A stretch of 63,574 nt of DNA, counting the filler, from Octopus bimaculoides (lineage: Eukaryota), in NCBI RefSeq assembly GCF_001194135.2. It is 5 parts of 4 records of this genome, joined end to end, with 100 filler letters (N's around TTAATTAATTAA, not from the genome) between each part and the next. Parts side by side here need not be neighbours in the genome. Positions count along the whole stretch, not along the records: positions 9,782 to 35,035 come from NC_068981.1; 4 more parts are not named here. The stretch is one strand, 5' to 3'. Made by a program: the position numbers and the translations under genes. Below, one piece after another: positions 11,171-23,203 of this stretch. The notes under the pieces are model-generated. The model was not told the DNA's origin and did no database searches. It saw only the letters and a program-made list of their open reading frames with translations. Positions within the stretch are counted from its first letter, which is position 1, and each line of letters opens with the position of its first letter.

Positions 11171-12564
11171 AGATAACATTCGCCTCATTCGATAATCTGC
11201 AACCAGCAATCTATTTACATATATTATGAACTCTTTCCGCTGTATTTGATTCACTCTATTCTACAATATGTAACATTTTATTTCTACTTAATTCTTTCTC
11301 TGATTCTTTGTTTATCTGTTTCTGCTGACCGCCGTGCATTCGTTGCCATTTCATGCCAACCCCGCTATGCACACTGGCTCTTCTCTAGATAATCTCCAAT
11401 TCATTTTGTACAGTGCTTCTCTCAACCACACAACACTTACACAAATGTTTAGGTCATGCCTTGTAACATCCTTCACAATCACATGTTACAATGCAGTCTA
11501 TTTTCTTTCTTCTCTTACTCACTCTCTCTCTCTTTCTCTTTCTCTCTGTCTATATGTATATATATATATATATATATNNNNNNNNNNNNNNNNNNNNNNN
11601 NNNNNNNNNNNNNNNNNNNNNNNNNNNNNNNNNNNNNNNNNNNNNNNNNNNNNNNNNNNNNNNNNNNNNNNNNNNNNNNNNNNNNNNNNNNNNNNNNNNN
11701 NNNNNNNNNNNNNNNNNNNNNNNNNNNNNNNNNNNNNNNNNNNNNNNNNNNNNNNNNNNNNNNNNNNNNNNNNNNNNNNNNNNNNNNNNNNNNNNNNNNN
11801 NNNNNNNNNNNNNNNNNNNNNNNNNNNNNNNNNNNNNNNNNGCACACATTAAAACACACACACACACTCTCACACACACATGCGCGCATTTACTCACTCA
11901 TTCACTCATTCCCTCTCCCGCTCTCTCCCTTTCTCACACCCCCTTTCGCTTTTTCTCCCTTTCTTTCTCAATTCCACCACTAACGTCAGCATTATGACCA
12001 CATCTATTACTGTCGACCTCCCAACTACAACGACGGTGACGATGACAAAAAAAAAAAAACTAAAATAGCCGCAGCAATCGCTTCCACCATCACCAATACA
12101 ACCGGCTAAATCTTCCACTCTTACCATTGCCATCGTAACAATTACAGGCGTCCATGCTTTCCTTCCTTATAATAACCACGTATTTGTCAGTCTCTACCGT
12201 CAAAGCTACCAAAGAGAGGAACCTCTACGAGGTAATAGCATCTACAAGAGATAACAGACAAATTTCTTCAAATCAAACCCTACATCTTCCGAGAATGTAA
12301 TGATCAGTGCGCTCAATCTAGGAGTAAAATAATCTTATCTGGAATATCGGTGACTATAGGTTGATCGTGGGCTAAACTCAGCATCGATTGCAACTATATA
12401 TAACCACAAAAATCACAAAAACAAGAATGCGTTGAACTCTAATGCAGAACAACGCCAACACTAGTTTTATAAAAAATATCAACTGCGTCGCCAAAACCGT
12501 AAATGATCGAAGACACAAATTGCAATACTAAACAACACATATAGTTTTCAGTGTTACCATTTCA

Positions 12565-12780
12565 GTTGTTCACTCAGCTGGCAAAAATGAGTTGTACCTG
12601 TGACTCAGAGGGCCAGCCTTATCACATTCTGTGTCACTCTGAATCTTCCTGAGAGCTACGTTAAGGGTGCGCTTGTCTGTGGACTGCTCTGCCACTTGCA
12701 CGTTAATTTCACGAGCAGGTTGTTTCGTTGATTGGATCAACTGGAACCCTCGTCGTCGTAAGCGACGGAGTGCCAGTTAT
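12565..12780 (+). mobile_element. SINE family B, 3' part
   Basis: CACTCAGCTGGCAAAAATGAGTTGTACCTG...CCCTCGTCGTCGTAAGCGACGGAGTGCCA; reverse complement of 1079-1270. Confidence 0.85.
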
Positions 12781-13009
12781 TGTTGTTGTTATTTCAGTTG
12801 ATGCAAAAATTGCGCGGCCAACCATCCCATCGTAATACAGAAGTAATGCTTCTCACCACCACAACCACCAGCACCAACACCAACATCACCACCAGTACAA
12901 GAACAATGACAATTACACTCAGCTAACCATATAAGCATAACGTATCCTTCTCGAGCCATATGGACTCATCAGGGCTGGCTTCCTGGTTTCCGAGGCGTAT
13001 ATTTTCTTT

Positions 13010-13246
13010 TTTTTTCTTTTACTTGTTTCAGTCATCTGATTGTGGCCATGCTGGAACACCGCCTTAGAGGATTTTAGACGAGAAATGTACCCTAGCACTT
13101 ATTCTTTGTAAGCCTATTACCTATTCTATCGGTGTATTTTGCCGAACCGCTAAGTTACAGGGACGTAAACATACCAACATCGGTTCTCAAACGATGGTTT
13201 GGAGACAAACACAGGCATACACACATAAATATATGCATACCCCCCC

Positions 13247-13294
<48 letters not shown>

Positions 13295-13415
13295 GGTCTT
13301 CTTTCAATTTCCGTCTACAAAATCAACTCACAAGGAATCGGTCAGCCCGAGGCTATAGTAGAAGACACATGCCCAATATGCCACATAATAGAACTGAACC
13401 AATTATATGTTGGAT
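13010..13415 (-). mobile_element. SINE family C
   Basis: CTTTTACTTGTTTCAGTCAT...GAACCGCTAAGTTAC...(TA)n...GGCTATAGTAGAAGACAC. Confidence 0.85.
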
Positions 13416-14717
13416 AATGTGGTCCTGGTTTCGTTACATGTAGGAAATAAAAAAATGAAATGGTAACCGCTGGAATGTTTTTGATCATATGTCTTTGTTG
13501 ATCAAATCTGAACTAGGGCTTGAACTACAGCAACAATAACAATAGCCAAAACTACAACCACCAACGCCACGACAGCAACAACAAAAGCAATACCTACAAC
13601 CAACCTCACCACCACCATCGCATAAAAAAAACAACCTTTATCCTCAGCATGATCCAATTATAACCATTGCTATGGCCAATGTATAATGCCTTTCTCATCA
13701 CTGGATCTCCGCAAAGGAGACTTAAGCATACCATTTTATGCGGATTTAATTCTCAATATTTAATACTCCCGCCCTTGTCATCCATAGTCCACTGGCAGTG
13801 GAAGCCACCATTTTTTTTTTTATAATTTATTGTTTCTTCTTTCTATTTTTCTTCTTCTATTTGTCTCTCCCTTTAAAATTTCCCCCACTAATTTCTTGTT
13901 TCTCTCTTCCCGTTTCTCTCAATTTCTCTCTCTCTCTCTCTCTCTCATTCTCTTTCTCTCTCCCCTTTCTTTATTCCGTCCTTTTCTCCGCCATTTAACC
14001 AATTTATTCCGGCTTTCAATGGTTTCCATCTTCCCTAAACAAAACAGATCACGTACTCACCTATCCAAACATCGCGACACACAACCACCACCACCACCAC
14101 CACCATTTACACTTCTGCAAATTGCCGTCGTAGGCCATATGCACCACCAACACCACCACATTTTCTACTACTGTCATCTTGCACTCAGCTAATTATATTG
14201 ATAGCCTTTAATAAAGTAAGAATTAAACCACTCCACCATCTTTACAAACCTTTTTTATTTTTTGCGTATTTGTTATTGCAGTCAATGTGTCTGTAGTTGT
14301 CGTTGCATTTGCTGCAGTTCTCCTTCTCCTCCTCCTCCTCCTCCTCCTCCTCCTCCTNNNNNNNNNNNNNNNNNNNNNNNNNNNNNNNNNNNNNNNNNNN
14401 NNNNNNNNNNNNNNNNNNNNNNNNNNNNNNNNNNNNNNNNNNNNNNNNNNNNNNNNNNNNNNNNNNNNNNNNNNNNNNNNNNNNNNNNNNNNNNNNNNNN
14501 NNNNNNNNNNNNNNNNNNNNNNNNNNNNNNNNNNNNNNNNNNNNNNNNNNNNNNNNNNNNNNNNNNNNNNNNNNNNNNNNNNNNNNNNNNNNNNNNNNNN
14601 NNNNNNNNNNNNNNNNNNNNNNNNNNNNNNNNNNNNNNNNNNNNNNNNNNNNNNNNNNNNNNNNNNNNNNNNNNNNNNNNNNNNNNNNNNNNNNNNNNNN
14701 NNNNNNNNNNNNNNNNN

Positions 14718-14783
<66 letters not shown>

Positions 14784-15329
14784 ATATATATATCTTACTA
14801 TATTTGTTGATATTATTGTTGCCATTACCGTTATTGTAGATATTGCTATTATTGGTGGGTTTGTTATTTTTGTTGTTATTGTAGGTTATTATTATTATTA
14901 TTGTTATTTGTTGATCTTACCGGTAGTTTTGTTGTTAGCATAAACTGGTGTTGGTGGTGATGATGATCGTGTTTTTGTTAATGTTTTTATTTGTTATTTA
15001 TTTTTTGTTGTTGCTATCGTTGTCATTATTGATATTATTATCGCTGTTTATGCTGCCATTATCATTATTGCTCTTGTCTCTGTTACATTTTTTCTCCTTA
15101 GAGACGGTGAATGGCCGAATCAGTAAAGCGTCAGACGAACTCCATTATTATTTAGACGCGTCCCGTTATGTTCTACGTTCAGATTCCACCAGCGCTGATT
15201 TTGTTTTTTTTTTCTTTAAATCTTCTATTTAGACAGTCGAGGTTAGATAAAATACCAGGCATAAAATGAGGATAATGTAATCGTCTATACCCATCCTTCC
15301 AATCGTGTGACATTACGTCCATCGCTACA

Positions 15330-15662
15330 ATGATTTCTGGTTCAAGGACAGTTTTGAGGAGTGGGCTTTAATCGATAACATTGACACCAGTACTTTTCTG
15401 GTATATTATTTTATCCGCCCAGGAGGAATAAAATGCAAAGTTAACCTCAGTGAGTGTTTGACGCAGAATGTAAATAGTCGCAAAAAAGATCACAAAGCAT
15501 TTCATCTGACGAAACTTACGTTCTTAGATCAAATTCCGCCCAGGTCGACTTTGCCTTTCATCCTTTCGGGATCGATAAATTAAGTACCAGTTGCATAGCG
15601 GAGTCAATCTAATCGACTGGCCTCCTCCTCCAAAATTTTGGGCCTTGTGCCTAGAGAAGAAA
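15330..15662. mobile_element. Head-to-head inverted pair of family A SINEs
   Basis: A minus copy at about 15330-15495 lies immediately before a plus copy at about 15496-15662. Confidence 0.65.
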
Positions 15663-15738
15663 AGAATCTGTCAGCTTGCCACCAGGATGCCGTTCTATAT
15701 CAGAAATAGTTCTCTGCTTTTAGTATTTATCTGTCTTG

Positions 15739-15773
<35 letters not shown>

Positions 15774-15864
15774 TGGGTTTAAAAATATTTTCTACAGTTA
15801 TTTATCATTTCTATTCCCGATACTATCCAATAGTAGTGAAGGTGGTATCTTGATTGAAGCATAA

Positions 15865-16040
15865 TACCGTAGCAAACAATACTTTACAGTAATAGTTTGC
15901 AGCACATTACGCTCTGAGTTCAAACCCTGCCGATGTCAATTTTGACGTGCGGAATCGTTAAAATATAATGCCAAATGGGGGTCATTATAATCGACTATTC
16001 TCATTTTCGTAAATTTCTCGCCTTATCTCTACCTTAGAAA
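15865..16040 (+). mobile_element. SINE family A, diverged
   Basis: TTACGCTCTGAGTTCAAACCCTGCCGATGTCAATTTTG. Confidence 0.6.
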
Positions 16041-16239
16041 TAAATACCTAGCGTTAGTATCAGTTATTTTAATCGTTACATTTAATATTATATAACCAAT
16101 TGCTTTCTCTGCTCTCGCCAATGATGGATTTTATATGTTTCTTTTAAACTTCTTATGATTGCAGTTACGCATGTATTACTTTGTTTTTCTGTTGCTGTTT
16201 TCGTCGTCATTATTGTGTTTAATATTGCTACTGCGGTTC

Positions 16240-16955
16240 GGGCGGCAGAATCGTTAGCACGCTGGGCCGCGAAAAATTTTCCCCATGAGAGTTCCGGACC
16301 CCAGTTATGAACTCATTTGTATACAGCCAATCAGAGCTCAACTATCAAACTAATTTATGAGCGCATAACAAGTGATTGGGTGAGGAATGCCCATGCTTGT
16401 TTTCTTTTTTAAGAATGCTTATTGTTTTTGTTCTTGTTTGAACCATAGCTACCTCTGCGTAGTTATTTGTGTTGTTGTTTACTTTGTAAAACAGTAAGGG
16501 GTGAGGGCTGCTAGCACATTACCCTCTACTCACACTTTCCACATCTACATCTTTATCATATGGTGCCCTAACAAAATCCGATAATAGATATAGATGCAAA
16601 TCTACATAATAACTTGTCTCCTTCTAAAATCAGGCATAGCTTAGCGATCGGTCCACTTACAACAACGTTCTTCATCTTGAGTTTACTTGGTAGAATGTGT
16701 TTTTAACTTGACAACAAGGTCAAGGTGTGCTCTGATTGGGTGTATGTAAATGAGTTCATTACTGGGGTCCAGAACTCTCGTAGGGAAAAAACTTTGCCGC
16801 CAGGTGAGCTCAAATTCCGCCGAGATCGACTTTGTCATTCATCCTTTTTGAGGTTGATAAGATAAGTACCAGTTTAAGACCGGTGGGTCGATGCAATTGA
16901 CTTCACCCATCCTCCAAAATTGCTGACCTTGTGCCAAAATTTGAAATCAACATTG
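16240..16955 (+). mobile_element. SINE family A split by a MITE
   Basis: Head GGCGGCAGAATCGTTAGCACG at 16240; the body resumes GAGCTCAAATTCCGCCGAGATCGACTTTG at about 16806. Confidence 0.8.
16262..16803. mobile_element. MITE with TIRs of about 80 bp, inserted into a SINE
   Basis: 16262-16340 (…GAGAGTTCCGGACCCCAGTTATGAACTCATTT…CCAATCAGAGC) is the reverse complement of 16726-16803. The host SINE stops at about 16261 and resumes at about 16804. Confidence 0.85.
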
Positions 16956-19031
16956 TAACTGCGGTTACTAATTGTATTTTAATAAAGCCGTTGAAATTGA
17001 TTTTACTTCACATTATTCTGGAGTCGATAAAATGAAGTACCAGCTAAATACATGGATCGATATAACCCTCAAATGTTGTAATCTTATCCCTATGTTAACC
17101 TTTTGCCTGTCCTGACTATCACATGTGATACATAAGAAATAATTTTCCCAGGCGTCTGTTCATCATATATGATACACATTCCCAATGTCTTTTCAACTAC
17201 CAGAGTAACTTAGGAAATATGAAAGGAATGATTTATACTACATATGAGAAATGGATTAACGAAAAGCCTGAAACCAAGCATGGCCCTTAAGGAGAAACGT
17301 ATGAAAATGCTTTGGATAGGAAAATAGTTATGTACTACAAGATTTAGTAAGTCCTGTCGAGTGCAGATGTGAGACTGTTTGCACCTCAACCAGTAATCTT
17401 ACGAAGATCCTAAGACAGTCGTCGATGATCACACCCTGCAATTGACGGCCATGTTCAAATATCAACCATTCCGTAATTTTCCGTGATTTTGATATTGATA
17501 TTAGAAATAATTAGCACGTAGTAAATGCTGTATTTCTCAAATATATTACAACTTTCCAATAATGACATCGAAATAAATTAACGTTTAACAAAAATTGAAT
17601 GTTTGGAAGATCAAAATGCTTTGTATGAAAATGCTAAGGTATGTAAATAGACGACAGGTGAAAATATACAAGATTTACAAAATTCTAGGTTTTAAAACGC
17701 TGCATCTATGTTTCAGAGTCGTGGAAGTTACAAACAAATGAAATATTTGCATATGATATTTGAAAAAGCAAGAGAAAAATCAAATGTCAAACCAAGTTAT
17801 GAAATTATATCAAGGATACGAAAAATGGATCCACACTGAAAATATATATGATAATGATTTAAAAGGAGTGGTGGTAGAAGTTACAAAGCAAATTTTTCTA
17901 AGTTAAGCAAGAGATCAGTTGGTCATTAAAAGAAAAGTTACGGCACTATAATATTGAGAATATCGACCGAGAGGATATAATTACAGTATAAACTAATATA
18001 AAAGTGGTACGTTCAATACCGAATTGTGAATATTGAAAGTTATATACAGTCGCACATGCTACAATTTTGAGAGAAATTAATGAAATTTACTACAATCGAA
18101 AGTAGAGTACATGCAAATTAAATATTCTACTTGATAATCAATCACTAACATTTCAACTACCACAAACGATGAGCGACATGCCCATCGAGAATCTGTTGTC
18201 GTACATGCAATTATAACTGCTGTTCCTAATACGATGAGTGCGAACTTCTTATTAACCAACTGACAGTTTATGTATATCGATAGACGAGATATCGCTGACA
18301 AGGCTAGAGAAGGCCGAAATCAGGTCTCAGCAATGACGATGGCGGGTGATATATCTCCCCGCTAGCTATGTAAACAAGAGTGCTTATATGCGTTAAAATC
18401 AATATGAAAGTTTCTCCTATTGTAACTATAGCAGTATTCTGTGTACCAACACAACATCCACTCTTAATCGGGGTCAAATATTACTTTTTAATATTAATAC
18501 TACTTCTGTCGCTATTAATTATTATTGTTATAGTTGATATAGCTACGAATGATAAACTAATCTTTGTTCGAATATCTTTTTTTAAAATCCTATTTAACTT
18601 AATGTCTCATACTCCCTTACATACATTTTCCATACATTCCTACACTATTACAGATATCGATTCTAAATGGCACCAGGCTACAGTCTGAATGATTGAAAAA
18701 TTCTTCCCCTTTAGAGATAGGTGTTAGTGCGGACAAAAGAATCAGCATTCATTACTTCAACTATGTGGCTACAAATAGCCACTGTGAGTTGTAGCAAATG
18801 TACACTATATGCAATAAGATCAGTGTCAATGTACAAATTATTACTTTTGCTCAGTTTAACAAATAGGCCAAGGGTTCCTTTACCTGCAATCATTCAGGCC
18901 ACGTCTCTGAGATAAGAATAACGTTCGCTCATCCTTCATACAGTCTGTGAAGACACTGAAGGAGGCTTATGGCTACTGCTCTCCCTCAAAGTCGTTAAAG
19001 AAACACCAATATTTGGTTTAGACATGATATA

Positions 19032-19515
<484 letters not shown>

Positions 19516-19716
19516 TATGCACAAACACAATAAGCAATAGTTGCGTAATTAATAATTAATAATTGCAATAATTAACAATTGCGTAATTGTAATATAAATG
19601 CATACATTCATAATTCAAGTAATTAATGACACCATAATTAATTATTGTCAAGTATCAACAAGATTAGTATTAAGCACACTGGATATTATTACTGCTAATC
19701 ATAAAGGCAGTGATCC

Positions 19717-19920
19717 GGCAGAGTCGATGGCACAACTGGTAAAATGCTTAGCGGTATTTGGATTGTATTTACGCTCTGATTTCAAGTTCCGCCCAGGTTG
19801 ACTTCGCTTTTCATCCTTTCGGGGTCGACAAAGTATATAACAGTTAAGTACTGGGGGTCAATGTAATCGTGTCATCCCCTCCCTAAAAGTTGCTGGCCTC
19901 GTACCAAAATTTGAAATCGT
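19717..19920 (+). mobile_element. SINE family A
   Basis: AAAATGCTTAGCGGTATTT...TTCATCCTTTCGGGGTCGA...CCAAAATTTGAAA. Confidence 0.8.
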
Positions 19921-20389
19921 TATTACTGTTATTCATTAAAAATAAACCTCTTTAAAATTCATCCTCAAAAGAACTTTTCCCTCGAAGTTGCCTTGTCAAT
20001 TTGTTCTCTACTACACCAACCATACGTTTGTTTCTTTGAAATAGCTAACATATACCATTTCCAGCCAGACCCACTTGACACGCCCGTCTTTTCAACTCTA
20101 GCTACTTCTGTATAAATACCGGGGCCTATGATAAACACTTTACCAGATCCATCAATCACAGTAGAGCAACCATGTGTAAGCCTATTGATACACTATTATT
20201 TTCTAAAGAAACTGGTGAGCTGCTATTGTTGAAACTGGACGCACTCAGCATCGACAGGTTGTATATAAAGAGACTTATGAAGTAAGCTTAACATCCTACA
20301 AACATTGACTCAAACAAACGTATGTCTCTCTATATTTATCAATTTTGACATTAGACGCTATTTCTATGTTCCATAACTTTGGCATGCCT

Positions 20390-20426
20390 GTATGTATGTA
20401 TGCATGCATGTATGTATGTATGTATG

Positions 20427-20457
<31 letters not shown>

Positions 20458-20530
20458 GTAGGTAGGTAGGTAGGTAGGTAGGTAGGTAGGTAGGTAGGTA
20501 GGTAGGTAGGTAGGTATGTTGGTAGTTAGA

Positions 20531-20578
<48 letters not shown>

Positions 20579-20580
20579 CT
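20390..20580. repeat. Compound (TATG)n-(TAGG)n-(TATC)n microsatellite
   Basis: Direct reading of the sequence. Confidence 0.95.
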
Positions 20581-20830
20581 CCTGTCTGTTTATTTCTCTA
20601 ATTAGCTAACTAGCTATATATGTAAGNNNNNNNNNNNNNNNNNNNNNNNNNNNNNNNNNNNNNNNNNNNNNNNNNNNNNNNNNNNNNNNNNNNNNNNNNN
20701 NNNNNNNNNNNNNNNNNNNNNNNNNNNNNNNNNNNNNNNNNNNNNNNNNNNNNNNNNNNNNNNNNNNNNNNNNNNNNNNNNNNNNNNNNNNNNNNNNNNN
20801 NNNNNNNNNNNNNNNNNNNNNNNNNNNNNN

Positions 20831-20864
<34 letters not shown>

Positions 20865-20989
20865 AGAGAATGGGAGAGATAAATAGAGAGAGAGACAGAC
20901 AGACAGACATAGAGAAATAAAGGAAGAAGAGGTGAGACATGCAATGTATTACCGGCATTCAGAACTTCTGAAGAGATGGGTGTTTCGAA

Positions 20990-21138
20990 TGCACCGAGCT
21001 CAGAGTATAACTGGTATTTATTTTATCGCCCCCGAAAAGATAGAAGGCAAAATCAACTTCAGAATTTGAACTCAGAACGTAAAGACAGACGAAAAGCTGC
21101 TAAGCATTTTGCCCAGAGTGCTAACGATTCTGCCAGCT
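20990..21138 (-). mobile_element. SINE family A
   Basis: Reverse complement of the family consensus (GAATTTGAACTCAGAACGTAAAGAC...GCTAACGATTCTGCCAGCT). Confidence 0.8.
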
Positions 21139-23203
21139 GGACTATTGTTCTCACATCAGGGATAGTGCAGCACGCATAATCATACGGTCCTGCATCCAGA
21201 AAAGGATAACCCGTGCGGTTGATATAAATTCATTTATAAACATACCTCCTTTTCTGCCCAAAAGGCGCTCTGTCTACCCTTACTACTTTTTTCTACTGTC
21301 ACTATCATGTCATCACCTCTTCGGTGTAATGCCTTCTCTTCATACTCGAGTATGTTCTGTCAATACCTATTAGCGCTCTGAACTAATCACGTTGTCTAGC
21401 CCATCCTTCCCACAACGAGGGCCTTTTGAAGTTCTCTCCTTGCTCAACACTCTCCTACAATTGTTGACTTGCAGTGCCAGCCCACAGTTTCCGTCCACCT
21501 AATTTTGCTTACAAATAACTGGGCAACATATGGTTATAGTAGAAAAAACTCACCCAGTGCGCCACTGATTTGGAGAAAGCTCCGAACCAAGCACTTGTAA
21601 CGTGAACTACTGAAGCGACACAGCCATGCAGCATCTTGTATACATTTGAAAGTATGAGAAAAATTAGATGAAGAAGGCTGTTAAAGAGGTTAAGTGATAC
21701 AATTGTCTATACAATAAGCGCGGAAATAATTATAATATGAAAGATTCGAAGACACCATTGCAAACAACGTTAGTTTCTATTGTTCATAAATACAAGAAAA
21801 AGCAGGTTCATGTCCAACAAGACGATTGGTAGCTACTAAACTAATCTCTCTCGAATATTTATATACGAACAAGCACACGCTCTTGAATATGTGTGTGTGC
21901 GTGTGTGTGTGTGTGTGTTTGAGAGAGAGTGTGTGTGTGTATGCACACACACACACATATACACATATGTATATATATAAGTAATATATACATACATACA
22001 CACGCACTCGCACACACAGGTACATATATATGTATATATATAGGTATATATGCATATGTATGTGTGCATGTGTTTGTGTAATTTGAATTCCACTTTCATG
22101 TATGTATGTATATACGTATGTATGTATATACGTATGTATGTATATACGTATGTATGTATGTATGTATGTATGTATGTATGTATGTATGCAGGTACGTATG
22201 TGTACGTCAGTGTGTGATAGGTAGAGAAAAGACGACGATATATTATAGACCTGTATATACATACATGAATATATACATACACACAGAGACACATACAAAT
22301 ATTAGAGAGAGAGAGAAACAAAGAGAGAGATACAGAGAGAGAGACAGAGACAGAGAAGAAAAACAAGAGAGTTGGTTGGGAGAGACTATGTGTTGAAATG
22401 ACAGTTAGCCAAGCTATTCATAGTTAGATGCTCAGGTAGTTAGGGAGGTAAGCTGAGGGACAGAAAGATGAAGTGTGTCACTTATAAACTAAATGGAAGA
22501 AATATGAACGATTCAAAGAAGAAAAATAAGAGAAGAATAGTTCCGGTGAAATACTTTGCTCTATACATTGTTACACAAGGAAACAACCATAATAACTAAA
22601 GAAGAAAATTACTAAAAAGCAAAAAGCAAAAAAAAAAACGAACTGTCATAAAGAAATTTAAAAGAAGGATATAAGAGTTCTATAGATTTTTATAGATGTG
22701 TTCCTCAGCTTATTCGTAGGTCACAAATGATTTTTCATCACACTTAGAGTCTTTTGTTGTAGAACTACCACTTTCGCTTCTTTGTAATTTAGCCTCCTCC
22801 ATTTAAGTGATTTTCGTTTTCGATTTTTTATATTTTTTGGTGTGATTTTACTTTCATTTTGTTTCTTTTTATACTATTACTGTTGTATATAATCGAATGC
22901 AACTTTATTGTTGTAGTTGTTAATACGGTTGCCTCTGCGTTTTCTTTTTATATTCTTTTTATCGTTTTCATTATTTTTTCTTCTAATTTTACTCTTCGTG
23001 GCTTCCCCCCAGAAAATATAATGAACGTGAAATAGAAGAGCTTAAAAAAAAATCTCTGTTGATGTTTACATGTGTATATATAGATCAGTATATATGGGTG
23101 ACCACGTTCGAAAATATGTGAGTTTAAATATATGTTTGCGTTTACTATATATGTAAGAAGAGTGTGTTTATGCCTATATCAGACCTGATTTTCCAAAGAA
23201 GCC

